A DNA stretch of 64,000 bases from Octopus bimaculoides (taxonomy: Eukaryota). The notes under the pieces were generated by a model. The model searched no databases and was not told where the DNA came from. It saw nothing but the letters and a program-made list of their open reading frames with translations. Of the stretch, positions 50,961 to 64,000 are shown piece by piece. Where the stretch lies: the NCBI RefSeq assembly GCF_001194135.2, contig NC_068996.1, positions 39,240,807 through 39,304,806 on the forward strand, given 5' to 3'. A program made the translations under genes and the position numbers. The first letter of the stretch is position 1. Each line of letters opens with the position of its first letter.

Positions 50961-53900
50961 TACTTAACTCCACTTCAAAAAAAAAAACAAAAAAAAAACA
51001 ATGTTAGTAAAATACACTATAGCAAGACTAATTTTCCAAAATGGGAAGATACAAATAATTTTCTTTAGATATTAGTATTTTTCTGAAAGAAAATAATAAG
51101 GAGCAGGAACTCTGTATCTCAATTAATGGTGCTGCTAAGTAAGCAAAACAGATTTGTATGCCACATGTGCATGGTGAAACCAGCAGTACAAATGTCTAAA
51201 GAGGTGAACAAACATTCTGAACCATTAAGGTTTAAAAGTAGATAGAGTGGACTGGCCTTGTAACATACATGAATTTATTATTAATGAAGATAGATCTTGT
51301 GATAATGTTCTTTAATTGTACAACTTAAGAAAAAGTTCCCTCCAAGCTGGCATGGAAATTATCTCACATTTTATGAAATAGGTCCTTTTTTTAAAAAAAT
51401 AGATTAAGAAGGGAAAAGAGAAGTGCCCATGACTTTTTTTCCAGGTCTTATAAGAGGGGAGTGGTGTGGGAAGAGTCACCCCGAGACCAGAGATCGGTGC
51501 TTGAATACATGCAGCAATGGGTGGCAAGTTGACATTAGAAAAAATAGTGAGAAATAAACTAATAAAAGCAGAAAGAAAAGCTGAAGCAACAAAGCTTGGG
51601 ACACAAGCTGAATGAAAGCATGTGAGCTACAGAATATTAGAAGTTGTTGGTTAATGAATGCAAGACCAATTATGAGTGAAAGTTACATGTGGAGTAAGAA
51701 CCGACTGTGGTATGCTATAGCCAATAAAAAGTAACCAGAAGATATGTAGTTGGTTAATGACTTAGAATAGGTTAGGTTGAACCCTAAAAACATACAACTA
51801 TGCATGAAGTTTAGTCATCATAGTAGCTTTTGCAGCCACTTTTCTATGATGATAATTAAAAATAACATTAGCTATTCAAGAATTACAGATATAAATAAGA
51901 CGAGAAAAGGCCATATGGCAATCATACCTAATTTGAGCTTCTCAAAAAATGCGTTGAAGCTTATGTCTCACACAAAAACTGCTGTTTTTTGCATGACAGA
52001 ACAATTCATTAAGAAACTATTTTTAGAAAAGTGTAAAAACACATTATGTGCTAATGCTCTCAATATAATGTACATAATACAATAGAGCTGCAAAAAAAAA
52101 ATAATAACATTTTAGTTATTGTTGTTGTAAGCACATTAAAAGCAGAGGCAGCCAACCTGCATATTAAAAAAAATCAAAATTTAAAGATAAAAACCAAATG
52201 CTTGCAACTCTAAAGGACTTTCTTAGCTTCAATTCTCGTCAGGATAAAGAGAAACTTGAGACATTCTTAAAAGTAAAGTTTATGAGAAGAGCTTAAACTT
52301 CATGTGAAAGTACTGATATTTCATGCTGATCACAACACATGGTTCTACCTAAAATGTAGAGATCACCTCTAACTTTACTATTAACTTTCTGGAGTGTTTT
52401 AGTAATTGAATATATAAAATACTTGTTTCAATGATACAGTGCAAGTATCAAAATTTTTATGAACATTGCAGAAAAGAGTTAAATTATTGAAATCACAGTT
52501 GTCTTAATAAAAAAAAAAAATGCAAATAAAACATGACATTGAAACCATTGGTTTCCTTTGCCTGGATATAAGTGCGCTATATTTTGAGAGGACAGATAGA
52601 AATGGTACTTCGTAATGTTTTATGTCTTTCAAATTCATAGATACACTCCACTAAGAATGATAGAACTTCGATTATGATCGAATCTAAGCTGCGAAAACGA
52701 AACAATTTTACATCTCTAACTTTATAAATGTAATTTGAGAGTAATTTAGAAACTGACGAGNNNNNNNNNNNNNNNNNNNNNNNNNNNNNNNNNNNNNNNN
52801 NNNNNNNNNNNNNNNNNNNNNNNNNAGACTGGGGACCTAGGTGACAAAAATAAAAATCTTTAAATTGACCAGTGAATAGTAATAGCATTTAAAAACGAGA
52901 AAACAACGGATCAAGAGGCGAAATGAAAAATTATTTCTAACATTGGCCTAAGACCTCACAGTTTGCGGGAGGAAATAGTTGGTAACCGAAGTGTAACCCA
53001 GCAAGATCTCAGCTAAAGAAAGTACTCAAGGCATTTTGAGTACTTTGAGTGGTATTTTACACCATTCTACCAATCCACCGCCCTTAATAATGGCAACTGG
53101 ATCTAAGAACTGAAGTTCAATCAGATTTTTAAAAGTTATGAAATTATATTCCCGATACTTAACCGATATCGGTGGCGTTGAAAGAAATCGGCAACCGTCA
53201 TTTTCGATAGAAACCCTTTTGTGCGTAACTTTACTCTGAAATTCTCATAACAAATTTCCACGGTTAGGTGATCACAAGTAATATGCAAAAATTATAAATG
53301 TTGAGAGAAGGTGATCTCTCTTCTGGGCAGACGGACTTCCATTTAATGAATTTTTGTCTTTGTCAATTCAGATTAGAATTTTCGTCCACTAAAAGCGTCC
53401 TACATGAGATTACAATCTGAAACCATACCCATTTCGCAAAGCTTATTGAATAAATTTTAAATTCAAAAAACAAAAATGTAGACACAAATATAAAGAAATT
53501 ACAAGAATAAAAATGTGTAGCATATAAAATAATATCTTTTATATAAAACAAATATGTATTAGAAAAAATAAAGACTGAACGAAGTTGTAGTAGTATAATT
53601 ATTATTCGATATAAGGTGCAAAAGAAATGGACTACAACATACAGTTTAAAGAAGAAGAAAAAAAAAGACACCAGTGCATACGTATGATCTGAAATCAAAG
53701 AAAAGTTACAGATTGCGAATTAGAAATAATGATTTCAAAGTTTTTTGCGAGAACTAAGATAAAGGTAGGAATTATTGCGCATCTATCAAGCCGAACATTA
53801 TCACTGTACGAGGGGGGAGCAACGAGGTAAGTTAAAAAGAGTTTACCTATTAGATATTATGAAGATCGTGTGTTACCAACTTACTCGAGGAGAAAAAAAA

Positions 53901-55271
53901 AGGTGGGGGTGATAAAACAACAGTCGGAAATTATTTATAAAGTAATTATTTGATAAAACAAAATAGTATGATAAATACCTGATTTACATAATAACTTTTA
54001 GCATTAAGAGTTAAGCTATCAGCGAAAGAATAGCAAGTAATTTCCCCACCTCTTCAACTTACACCCGTGTTGTTTCGACTGGAACCTCACTAAACCAGGG
54101 TGAAAAATGTGTCGAGACTGTGGTATGGGGATGCTGGGATTGATACGAGAACTTTTCCAATTAAAAAAACAAAAACAAACAAAAAACCGTTTATGACATC
54201 CAACTTAATCGCTGTTCAAATGTAAGAAAACAAAAAGCAGGGTAAAAAAAATCTAATTCTACAGCAAAAACTCAAAAGTGACAGGATCATATTAGCATTA
54301 TAGAATTTAATTTCAAAATCTAAACTTAGTAAACTATATAAAGCAATGTGTATTTTGGATTTATGAGCGAGTGCGTGTGTGGACGATGGAAATAAGTTGC
54401 CGTACTACCAAGCGATTCACTTGCCCTACAAACGACCAGAATTAGGGGAAAGGGGACTGTTTAAGATAAGAACACCCAAATAATCGGAACAACAGATTAT
54501 TTCCGAAGTTATTTCAGAAAGTATATTTAGTTCAAAACTAAAAGAAACGGGCAAGAGAAATAGAAAGAAAGAAAGAAAGAAACTTTGGGTATTTTAAAAG
54601 AAGTTTGTTTTCAAGAATTTTATTTTCATTATTGTTAAGACATTTCAAAGATAGTGATAATTTCAAGAAAATACGAGTAAACATTTATTTTTTTAGCAAA
54701 GGGAATAATATGTAGGTGCGGTACTTCTAAAACAGAATGGTTCGAAATTATGAACTACTGTAGCAATGATGAGGGAATAAGCATCCATGCGGTCGACTGA
54801 CCTGGTAGAAATAGCAGCCAAATCTCCTTCAAATCGTATTTCAACCCCACCTTTTATTTTTTGGCAAATGACAATTTGGATGTAATTTTAGATATGCAAA
54901 AATACAGGATGATTATTACTATATCGAATATCTTTAATGTACTTTCGACCGGGGCTGGTTTGGAATAAAAACCAAAAGATGACAAGAATCGTCATCCATA
55001 TCAGCCAACCAGAAGTTACATCTTAAAAATACCTGTAGATATAATAATTACTTTAAAAAATTTAGAAATAGCATTTAAAAGCAAACAACAAAATAGGTTT
55101 TATACAAATACTTTCACATCAAAAAGTAATCAAAATTATTGAATCAATCAGTTGTCAATTTTTGTATATCAATAAGTAAATAGTGGCAATTGATAGCATT
55201 AATTGGAAAGGTAAAGGCGATCCCCTTGAAAACTAAAATAAGCAAATTGAACTTTATACAAAATAAAATAA

Positions 55272-55312
<41 letters not shown>

Positions 55313-55856
55313 NNNNNNNNNNNNNNNNNNNNNNNNNNNNNNNNNNNNNNNNNNNNNNNNNNNNNNNNNNNNNNNNNNNNNNNNNNNNNNNNNNNNNNNN
55401 NNNNNNNNNNNNNNNNNNNNNNNNNNNNNNNNNNNNNNNNNNNNNNNNNNNNNNNNNNNNNNNNNNNNNNNNNNNNNNNNNNNNNNNNNNNNNTTTTTTT
55501 TTTTTTTTTTTGGAGGGGGGGTCATTCTAATGAATAGATAGCTACACTAATGTACGTGCTTCTTTAAAACGGGGATAAAAAGTCTTCAAATAAGAGAAAA
55601 ATAACATTTATTCGACGAACAGAATCGGGGGAAGCTCTGAGTAGAGTGACTTGTGATAATTTCAGTTCTGAATAAAATAATAAATAACAGTTCTTATGTA
55701 TGCAAGTTGACAGATAAAACAGGTCTTCGCACGAAAGATGAGGAGGGGATGAAGATGTGAAGGAAATAAATAGTAAAAGATCTATTAGAAATTCATTAAG
55801 AAAAAAGTTAATAATTAATTAATAATAATGTACCAGTTAGAAGATCCAATTCTTAC

Positions 55857-55879
55857 CGTGGAAGTTGTTCATGAATCAT
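55857..55879 (-). CDS. STXBP4: Candidate coding part of exon 1 of the PDZ gene: MIHEQLP(R)
   Basis: Donor CCACG|gtaaga; phase 2 matches exon 2; in-frame TGA 15 nt upstream of the ATG; lies in the CpG-rich promoter. An additional unseen exon in the 36.8-kb intron is not excluded. Confidence 0.6.
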
Positions 55880-56310
55880 AAAAAAGAAGCATCAAAGTCG
55901 TTGTCGTTGCTGCCCACAACAACAACAGACCATTTCAGAAAAAAAGCATCGAGCATCGAAATGTGTGCCTCTGTTCCTCTGACGTCGATGCAATGTGCTC
56001 TCTCTGCCTGACGCCACTTAACTACCGCCCCGCCTCCATAAAATTTTAACACTAACACGCCCACAATGCATTGCGGTCTCTCCCCTTCCTCCTACTCCTT
56101 CCCTGTTTGCTTGTACTGCACTGCACTCACGTCCTCTCGCTGTCCCTCTTTTTTCACCCCTCGCGTTCTCTGTATGTGTCGTTTGCGCTCACTCTCAACT
56201 CACTCGCTCACTTACTCCCTCTCACTATGTCATTCTCTCTGTTTTTCTCCCTTTACTCTCTTTCTCTCTCTCTCTCTCACCACCACCTCCACTAGACGCC
56301 ATAATAGCCA
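55880..56310. promoter_or_regulatory. Candidate bidirectional core promoter
   Basis: Highest local GC/CpG; CRE-like TGACGTCG 55980-55987 and TGACGCCA 56009-56016; GC box CCGCCCCGCCTCC 56025-56037; CACGCCCAC 56056-56064; YY1-like ACGCCATAAT 56296-56305; divergent splice donors on either side. Confidence 0.65.
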
Positions 56311-56845
56311 AACACCGAGTTATGGAGAAACACCACTGAAGAAAGGTTGACCTAATGTCGGGTTGTTTTTTTTTGCCTGCCAGTGTTTCTTTCGTCGTTA
56401 AAAAAAAAACTAAGAAAAAAAAGAACACACCACGTCGTGTTTCAGTGTCTTAATGGGTATCAGTCTGTTTTAAAATGCCGGAAAGCCGTCGATGCAGTTG
56501 AAAATTATTCGACTTCATCGTCTGAGTTTGTCCTAAAAAAAAAACAACAAAACAAACAAAAACAAGAAAAAGGCCAAAACCCCCGAAGAAAACACCAAAA
56601 AAACACCAACAAAAGGCCAAACAACACAAAACAAAACAGAAAGAGAGAGAGAGAGAGAGAGAGAGAAAGAAAGAAATAGAGAGAGNNNNNNNNNNNNNNN
56701 NNNNNNNNNNNNNNNNNNNNNNNNNNNNAAAAAAAAAAAAAAGAAAGAAAACAAGAAGCTTATAATATCGAGTCTCTTTCCCCCCCAGGTTTTTTGTTTA
56801 AGTCTTTATAAAACTACGTAGGAGCAAAGACAAGTAGAGCAGGAT

Positions 56846-56878
56846 ATGGGGACCAAAGGCCCTATTCCTCGCGATAAG
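56846..56878 (+). CDS. Candidate first coding exon of an unidentified gene: MGTKGPIPRDK
   Basis: ATG with in-frame TAG upstream (56819-56821); strong donor AAG|gtgagc, phase 0; no convincing next exon before 64000. Confidence 0.55.
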
Positions 56879-58569
56879 GTGAGCAAAGATCATTAAAGTA
56901 TTTTCCCTTTCGTATTTAAACACACACACACACACACACACACGCGTATATATAATATTAATATAATATCTATGTATAATGTGTGTGTGTGTATACTGTT
57001 ACAAGATTACATCTATGTTAGCATGTATATGTGTATATATATATATATATGATGATAATAATATCTATTATATGTATTGCTTGTTTTTCTTCTATGTTTA
57101 TGTGTCTAATCTGTCTGTGTGTCTCGTCCTTTCTATCTGTTTGTCATTTAAATCTTTTCTTTTGTGTGTGTGTGTGTGTTTTATTAATGCTACTTAAACC
57201 ACTTCTGGTTAAAAAAGGAAAGAAGAACAAAAAAAAAAACTGATTATAAAGAACAGATTTATTATTATTATTATTGTTTTTCTTAAAAGACCATAATATA
57301 AAAGGAACCTTCTTCTGTGAGAAATATACATGCAGCATTCATGATAAATTGCTTCCTATTCCTTTTTCATATTCATAATCTCGCTTCTTTCCTTAACTGG
57401 GCTTTCAATAACCATGAAAGCTTTTCTTTCAACACGAAACTACACCTACCATTTCATATATACATTTATATATATTTGAAAAATAGTATGTTTATATATA
57501 TAAATACACACCATTAGAAATCTCACAGTTTATTTATAAGGGCCTCTGAATTTTATTTACAAACCAACGATTAAGTAATCCACTATATACACACATACAT
57601 AGCATACATTGCTGTCTTTCTTGCCACACACAATATATATGTATATATATAATCATACATATATGTATGTGTGTGTATATATAATCAATATTGCATTAAA
57701 AATCGAAGTATTGAATATTTTACTCTGGTGTGTCTGATGTTTGTCTTGGCGTTGATGTGACCTTTATATTTATATATATANNNNNNNNNNNNNNNNNNNN
57801 NNNNNNNNNNNNNNNNNNNNNNNNNNNNNNNNNNNNNNNNNNNNNNNNNNNNNNNNNNNNNNNNNNNNNNNNNNNNNNNNNNNNNNNNNNNNNNNNNNNN
57901 NNNNNNNNNNNNNNNNNNNNNNNNNNNNNNNNNNNNNNNNNNNNNNNNNNNNNNNNNNNNNNNNNNNNNNNNNNNNNNNNNNNNNNNNNNNNNNNNNNNN
58001 NNNNNNNNNNNNNNNNNNNNNNNNNNNNNNNNNNNNNNNNNNNNNNNNNNNNNNNNNNNNNNNNNNNNNNNNNNNNNNNNNNNNNNNNNNNNNNNNNNNN
58101 NNNNNNNNNNNNNNNNNNNNNNNNNNNNNNNNNNNCACATCTATATATCCTCTATCTCTCTTTATATATATATATACACACACATATATTTCTTTTATCA
58201 GATCATCTTTTTTATTTAAAAAAGTCTAATCTCACTTGAAAAATGTTATCAAAACTCGTATTTATTGCATTGTAATCTGCTTACTTTTATTATTATTATT
58301 ATTATTATATCATTATTATTATTATTGTATTATTGTTGTTATTATTATCATCTTCATCGTTTCGTTTCCTTTCTTTTGGTTTAGTAGTTGATGTTGCCAA
58401 TCCTTCATGTTGGTGTCTGCTGTTCGAATGTTGGCTTTAAACTCCTCGCCAACTTCTTCACCAAAGCAAACCAACAATTACCACTACCTTTTTGTGATAT
58501 GTATTTCGTCACACAAAGCCCTCCATACACACACACCCAGAGTATATATATATATATATATATACGTAG

Positions 58570-58632
58570 GTGTGTATAGATATGTGTATATACATGTATA
58601 TATATGCGTGTATATACATGTGTATATATGCG
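58570..58632. repeat. TATATACATGTG-type minisatellite running into a gap
   Basis: Direct reading. Confidence 0.85.
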
Positions 58633-59507
58633 TGTATATACATGTGTATATANNNNNNNNNNNNNNNNNNNNNNNNNNNNNNNNNNNNNNNNNNNNNNNN
58701 NNNNNNNNNNNNNNNNNNNNNNNNNNNNNNNNNNNNNNNNNNNNNNNNNNNNNNNNNNNNNNNNNNNNNNNNNNNNNNNNNNNNNNNNNNNNNNNNNNNN
58801 NNNNNNNNNNNNNNNNNNNNNNNNNNNNNNNNNNNNNNNNNNNNNNNNNNNNNNNNNNNNNNNNNNNNNNNNNNNNNNNNNNNNNNNNNNNNNNNNNNNN
58901 NNNNNNNNNNNNNNNNNNNNNNNNNNNNNNNNNNNNNNNNNNNNNNNNNNNNNNNNNNNNNNNNNNNNNNNNNNNNNNNNNNNNNNNNNNNNNNNNNNNN
59001 NNNNNNNNNNNNNNNNNNNNNNNNNNNNNNNNNNNNNNNNNNNNNNNNNNNNNNNNNNNNNNNNNNNNNNNNNNNNNNNNNNNNNNNNNNNNNNNNNNNN
59101 NNNNNATATATATATATATATATGCATGCGTGTATATATATATATATATATACGTATGCGTGTGTGTATATGTTTATATATACGTATGTGTGTGTGTAGA
59201 TATATATATGTGTATAAACATGTACACTGGCCTTTGTGTGTTAACTTAGAGACTGGATTGTAACCATGTAAATACTACACAATATAATCTATATATTTGG
59301 GTTGTTCCATTTATGTTTCTGGCTGAGAGAAGCTAAAATATTTTAGCTTCTCTTTGCAAGCTCATTATTACAATTTTACAGTTTCTTGTTGAATTCAGCG
59401 TCCGATTTTCTGTTTGCCTTTGTCGAATTTATATATTTGAATATTATTATTTTACTTTTCTTTTTTTTTTTCATTACCATTATTAACTATATATACATAA
59501 TGTTCAT

Positions 59508-59538
<31 letters not shown>

Positions 59539-61456
59539 ATTAGCATCTTTTAAGCGCCCTCAATTCTTCGACTAAACCTTTCCAGCCGTCATGATATTCT
59601 AATTCAGATTTAAATGCAGAGAAAAGCGAAGTGAAAAATCGTAATGGAAGACGCACAGACCAATGTTGAACTGACTTAAAAACACGCACACAATAACGTT
59701 TACATAAAATACACGGTTAATATTGCCTCTTATGAAATGCGGTACAATTAAGCTTACTTATCTGTGTGTATTAGTGCACATATATACACACACACACACA
59801 CACACACCTATTTTTGCTCTTTACTGTAAACAACAACCTCTTTTTGACTACTAAAGGTATATATATACACATTATATATATATAATGTGCGCGCACACAC
59901 ACAGGCCCCATGTCAGTTGTGATGGATTGAGGATGGGTGGATTCGTTATGTATATAACTAATAGATATCAATGAACTTTGAGGCTAACCAGTTTCTTGTG
60001 GCATATATAGTTCTTTGTTAACCTACCTACGTGTATATTTCAGGTGCATGCGTGTGTAGTTGTGTACATTTGAGGAGGCCTAATTTCCTTTTTAGTCTTG
60101 GTAAATTGCTGTTCGGGTCACCAGAATTTGATACATGTATCAGTTCGATATATATATATATATCACATACATGTACCTGAAATATACACGTAGGTTAAAG
60201 AAAGATATATGTTATGTATATTTCTGATTATGTGAAAGGAAAAAAAAAAGTGACTGATCATTCGTATTCAGTATTTTTAAATTCAAACTTTCTTTGAAAA
60301 CGAAATGCTTTTGTGTTTTGGCTGAAATATCTACTGTACTGGAAAGCATTTTGTAAACAATTTTTTAATTTTTACTTCACTCTTTATGCTTATGTGGAGG
60401 AGTGAGATAACATTTTAGTCTTTAAAGATATTCCCTCCCACACATCACATTTCAGTTTTCGTTTTTTCTTTTTTCCTCCCAATTTTTTTTTTTACCTATT
60501 TGCCTCTTAAATGTATAGCAGCTTAGTTAAATATTGGTCTATAATACGCTTGCTTATTTCAACATTATGGAAAACATCTTACCTTCTCTTAGATGTGACA
60601 AATAGGTAGTCAGTCAAATGTTTTCGTTAATTTTAAAAGACCTAGCTGTAATGATCAACGGTCAGATTTGTCAATTTCTCATAGTCGTACGTACTAATAT
60701 CAAATACGGTCTTTTACTATGAGTGTGGTGTAATTTTGTTTAATGTAATAAATAATAATTGAAGCTCATAATTGCTATTTATACAAGCATCGCTGTGTTT
60801 TTGCTAAAATACTTTGGCTGGTAAATAAATATGAGAATGGAATTATAAGCTGTGTCCCTAAAAAAAAATTATTCCCATCCTAGCTGTTATAGCATCGTTA
60901 ATTAATGATGATAGTGCTAGTAAGGGAAAACTAAATATATAAAAAAAATAACAACAATAATAATAATAACGATCGTGATAGAACAACAAAACCACACCTA
61001 CATTTTTTTTGTTCGATGTTTGGTATATGAATAAATGCTTATTTAGTGTATTTATAATTTGAAGCGTGTTCCAGATACTAGTCTATTAATTCGACTTAAT
61101 AATCAACTACTAACGTTGAAAAACAGTTGACATACATGGAAATTGAATATTTAATTTCTTGTGCATTTTTCAATCAGATTCCTCACATGCTTCTTAATCA
61201 AATTCATCTCGAACCTAGCAGCGTAATGAAAGATGTCAACATATGTATAGTAGGTCTTGAGACTTGAATATGCAGCACATATTTCGGTCTGATCAGAAAT
61301 GCTTTTGTATAGATTTAGACATATGGTATGAAGGAATTAGTTTTGGTTTTACCTTAGACAGGTTGCAATCTGTGAAATATTATTCAGACAACGGATTATT
61401 ATTGTATTATTCTTGATTAGTCTTTGCAGGTGTGTAGCTTTATATTTTATATACAT

Positions 61457-61505
<49 letters not shown>

Positions 61506-63960
61506 ATAGATTAAAACCGATCTTTTAGAATAATTTTAAGTTCTGTAATTTTATTTTTGACTAAAAGTATTTTCTATTGTACAAATTGCATTGCATATCA
61601 TTCTATAAACCCTTGGAATATGGGTTGTGTTAGTCAACAAACTGTATTGATTATTAGTAAGGTTGTCTTCAAAACTAAAAAAGCCCGATGACTAAGTGCA
61701 AATCCAAANNNNNNNNNNNNNNAAAAAAAAAAAAAAAAAAAGAGTAGTAGTCTATAAACAGTGCTGATTTAAATCAACTAATAACGATCAACACTCCATG
61801 TGATATCTTTTAATACTCGTGCTATTTAAAGGTATCACAAAGTTTCACTTAAATTTTTTTTTCTGTTTGAGAAATAGAACGGTCTTATTAATTACAAGAC
61901 TTCATAGAACTGGTTGTTGCTGAGCTCTTGGCTTACATAAGCTAGCCTCAGCACTTATAAGTACTACGAAGCAGTCGTTTTTCTTTCCTTATTTAATGGA
62001 ATTTGTTGTTTTGTTTTTATTGACTTAAAACATTAAAATTACATCCATTCCTTAGTTGAAAGAAATGACGTATAGAAAAGCATGTATGTCATTTCCTGAA
62101 TGAACTGGTTCTTTTAAAGTGTATAGGATTGCTGGTGCTTTCAGTGTTGAAATCCCCAACCCTATGTGCTGCTAGGTTGACGAATGCTCCTTGAAGCGCC
62201 CAGTATTAATATTTTTCCAGTTAGGTAGGCAATATTCTGTGCATTGATGCGTACACCTGCGTTTGTATTTGAAATCGTGACACAGCAAACACAGTCGTCT
62301 CCACCCCCACCTTCCAAATACCTCATTCAGTTAAATGCTTGATCTTTTTTATGTCTTTGCATGCACACACACACACACACACACAATCTTTATTAAATGT
62401 AAGATTTCCATCCATGGGTATGTATAATTACAACTACTTGCCTAAGTTGCTGCCAGGTCAAACCTGATTTAAATTATGTTCTTGTATATTTAATTCTTCT
62501 TTGTGTACAGCTCATGAGTTTTGTGGTCTCTCCTTGAGGCTAATATTTTGAAAGAATTTAGAGTATCCTTTTCAGTGGATAACCATCACCAGCTTGGCTT
62601 ACTTGCAAATACATTAATATTGACAATTACAATTAATGTAAAATGCAGCTTGAAAGCAGTACAGTCTTTGCTAAGAGTTAGTAATACTGTTTTTTTTTTT
62701 TTATTCTTCTTGTTTTGATGTAAGGATTCTATTTGTTTAGTTTGTAAGGTTACTTAGTACTTTAGGTAACATGTTATCCAGTAACACCTGTTACATTGTC
62801 AGGACATCACATACTAAACTGGCACCCACGCCTTTCTAACCTTGTGAATAGGGTTGCTTGCTAGGGACTGTGCTGGACCATAGCAAGACCTTTTAAAAAG
62901 GACAGATGGACCCAGCATAGTATTAATGTCAATCTTAGACTGCAACGTCAGTAGTGTATATGGACCATAATAATGCTCAACATGTGAATGAATGTACAGT
63001 AAGATCAGTTTGGGGGAGGATGGTGGATCTATAGTTTGTGTCAACTGAAGTTGCTTAAAATCCAATATGTATTTGTTCTGGAAACAACAGCAGCTGCTTG
63101 TGTCCCACCCCCACCCCGGTTTCCGTCTGTCAGTATCCAATAGCACAACTGTATGGAGTAGCGACAGTGATTGCATTGTTTCTCCTTTGGTTTGTCACTA
63201 TCCTGCTGAATTAGAACATGTGACTTCGTTAGGATTGCAGTGCCCCTATTGTGAAACCTACTTCACACGTGCGTCGAAAGGATGCCACGTCGGAGGAAGC
63301 TGGCTAAACGTGTAGATTTATAAGCTAGAACACATGATAGTTGATACACTGTTAAAGGATGAGTTAGATTTGGCAATATTCCGAGTAGATTTATCCTATT
63401 GTGTACTCCGAGTTTCATATATGCCAATAAATATTAAAAAAACACATCCAAATCTTTTAGGAAAAAACATGAATATTTAATTTTATTAATAAACAAAACA
63501 ATAAATATCACAAATGTTATCCAGATTTACTTATTTTGATTGGTATGTATGTATATGTTTAGAGGTACAAAGGTATTTTCATTGAATTGTATTTTTGATC
63601 TAGTTCAGTGTTTACTAGTTTTTCCAATTGCAATTATATATAATTGGTTGATGGTAAAATAGCACTATCCAGTTTTTAGGAGGATTACCCAGTATATCAG
63701 TATATTCAGTTTTTATATACTCCTAAATATACATCTGGATTAACACACAATGGACAATATATGTGTGTGTGTGTTTGTGTTCATACACACAGTATAGATG
63801 AATTGCTTACATTTGGAAACTAGACTTAAAACAATGAGGAAATTAGTCCTGCTTCAAGTCCAATATTCTATTGTCTGAACTATCATGCAGTAATCAGTTT
63901 CAATTAGTCAGATGTACTGATGTTAAGCTATCTCTAGGTATTCAATCAGAGAAAGGAAGT

Positions 63961-64000
<40 letters not shown>

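Larger units (their letters stand above)
52570..62350. promoter_or_regulatory. CpG-retaining, TE-poor domain around the two transcription starts
   Basis: Hand count of roughly 25 CpG in 52.57-53.57 kb versus about 2-6 per kb in the preceding non-TE intron. Confidence 0.7.

Noticed and set aside
63067-63315. 82-aa ORF with CPYC (zinc-finger-like) as exon 2 of the plus gene
   Set aside because: No suitable phase-0 acceptor/donor pair, no second zinc-ligand pair and no recognisable homology

Overview
AT-rich, microsatellite- and TE-dense eukaryotic scaffold with 11 N-gaps. The repeat families look like those of an octopus (inference from recognising the SINE/RTE consensus, not from a database search). 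It is not prokaryotic, and there is no CRISPR array, rRNA or bona fide tRNA gene. Almost all ORFs in the supplied track are artefacts of gaps, microsatellites or TE remnants. Four short, phase-compatible minus-strand exons (55857-55879, 18959-19038, 15917-16012, 3283-3352) splice into MIHEQLPRQPLSTESPQIDRETIKIVYDNCSKGIGLQIIGGTTRNGDTNHGIFVKKLLPNGIAKTEGQLKVGDQLLSVNGNTLEDATNE, an N-terminal PDZ domain most like STXBP4/Synip. The gene continues beyond the left edge. It shares a CpG-rich, TE-poor, apparently bidirectional promoter (~55.9-56.3 kb) with an unidentified plus-strand gene whose candidate first coding exon is MGTKGPIPRDK. The introns hold several tRNA-derived SINE families, RTE and other LINE fragments, piggyBac-, mariner- and hAT-type MITEs, a Helitron RepHel fossil, a complete non-autonomous Helitron and a Helentron/DINE-1-like element. 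They also hold a Penelope-like multi-branched palindrome carrying two decayed minimal hammerhead-ribozyme motifs, and a long fold-back hairpin. Exon boundaries were counted base by base; TE boundaries are approximate (+/- 10-30 bp).
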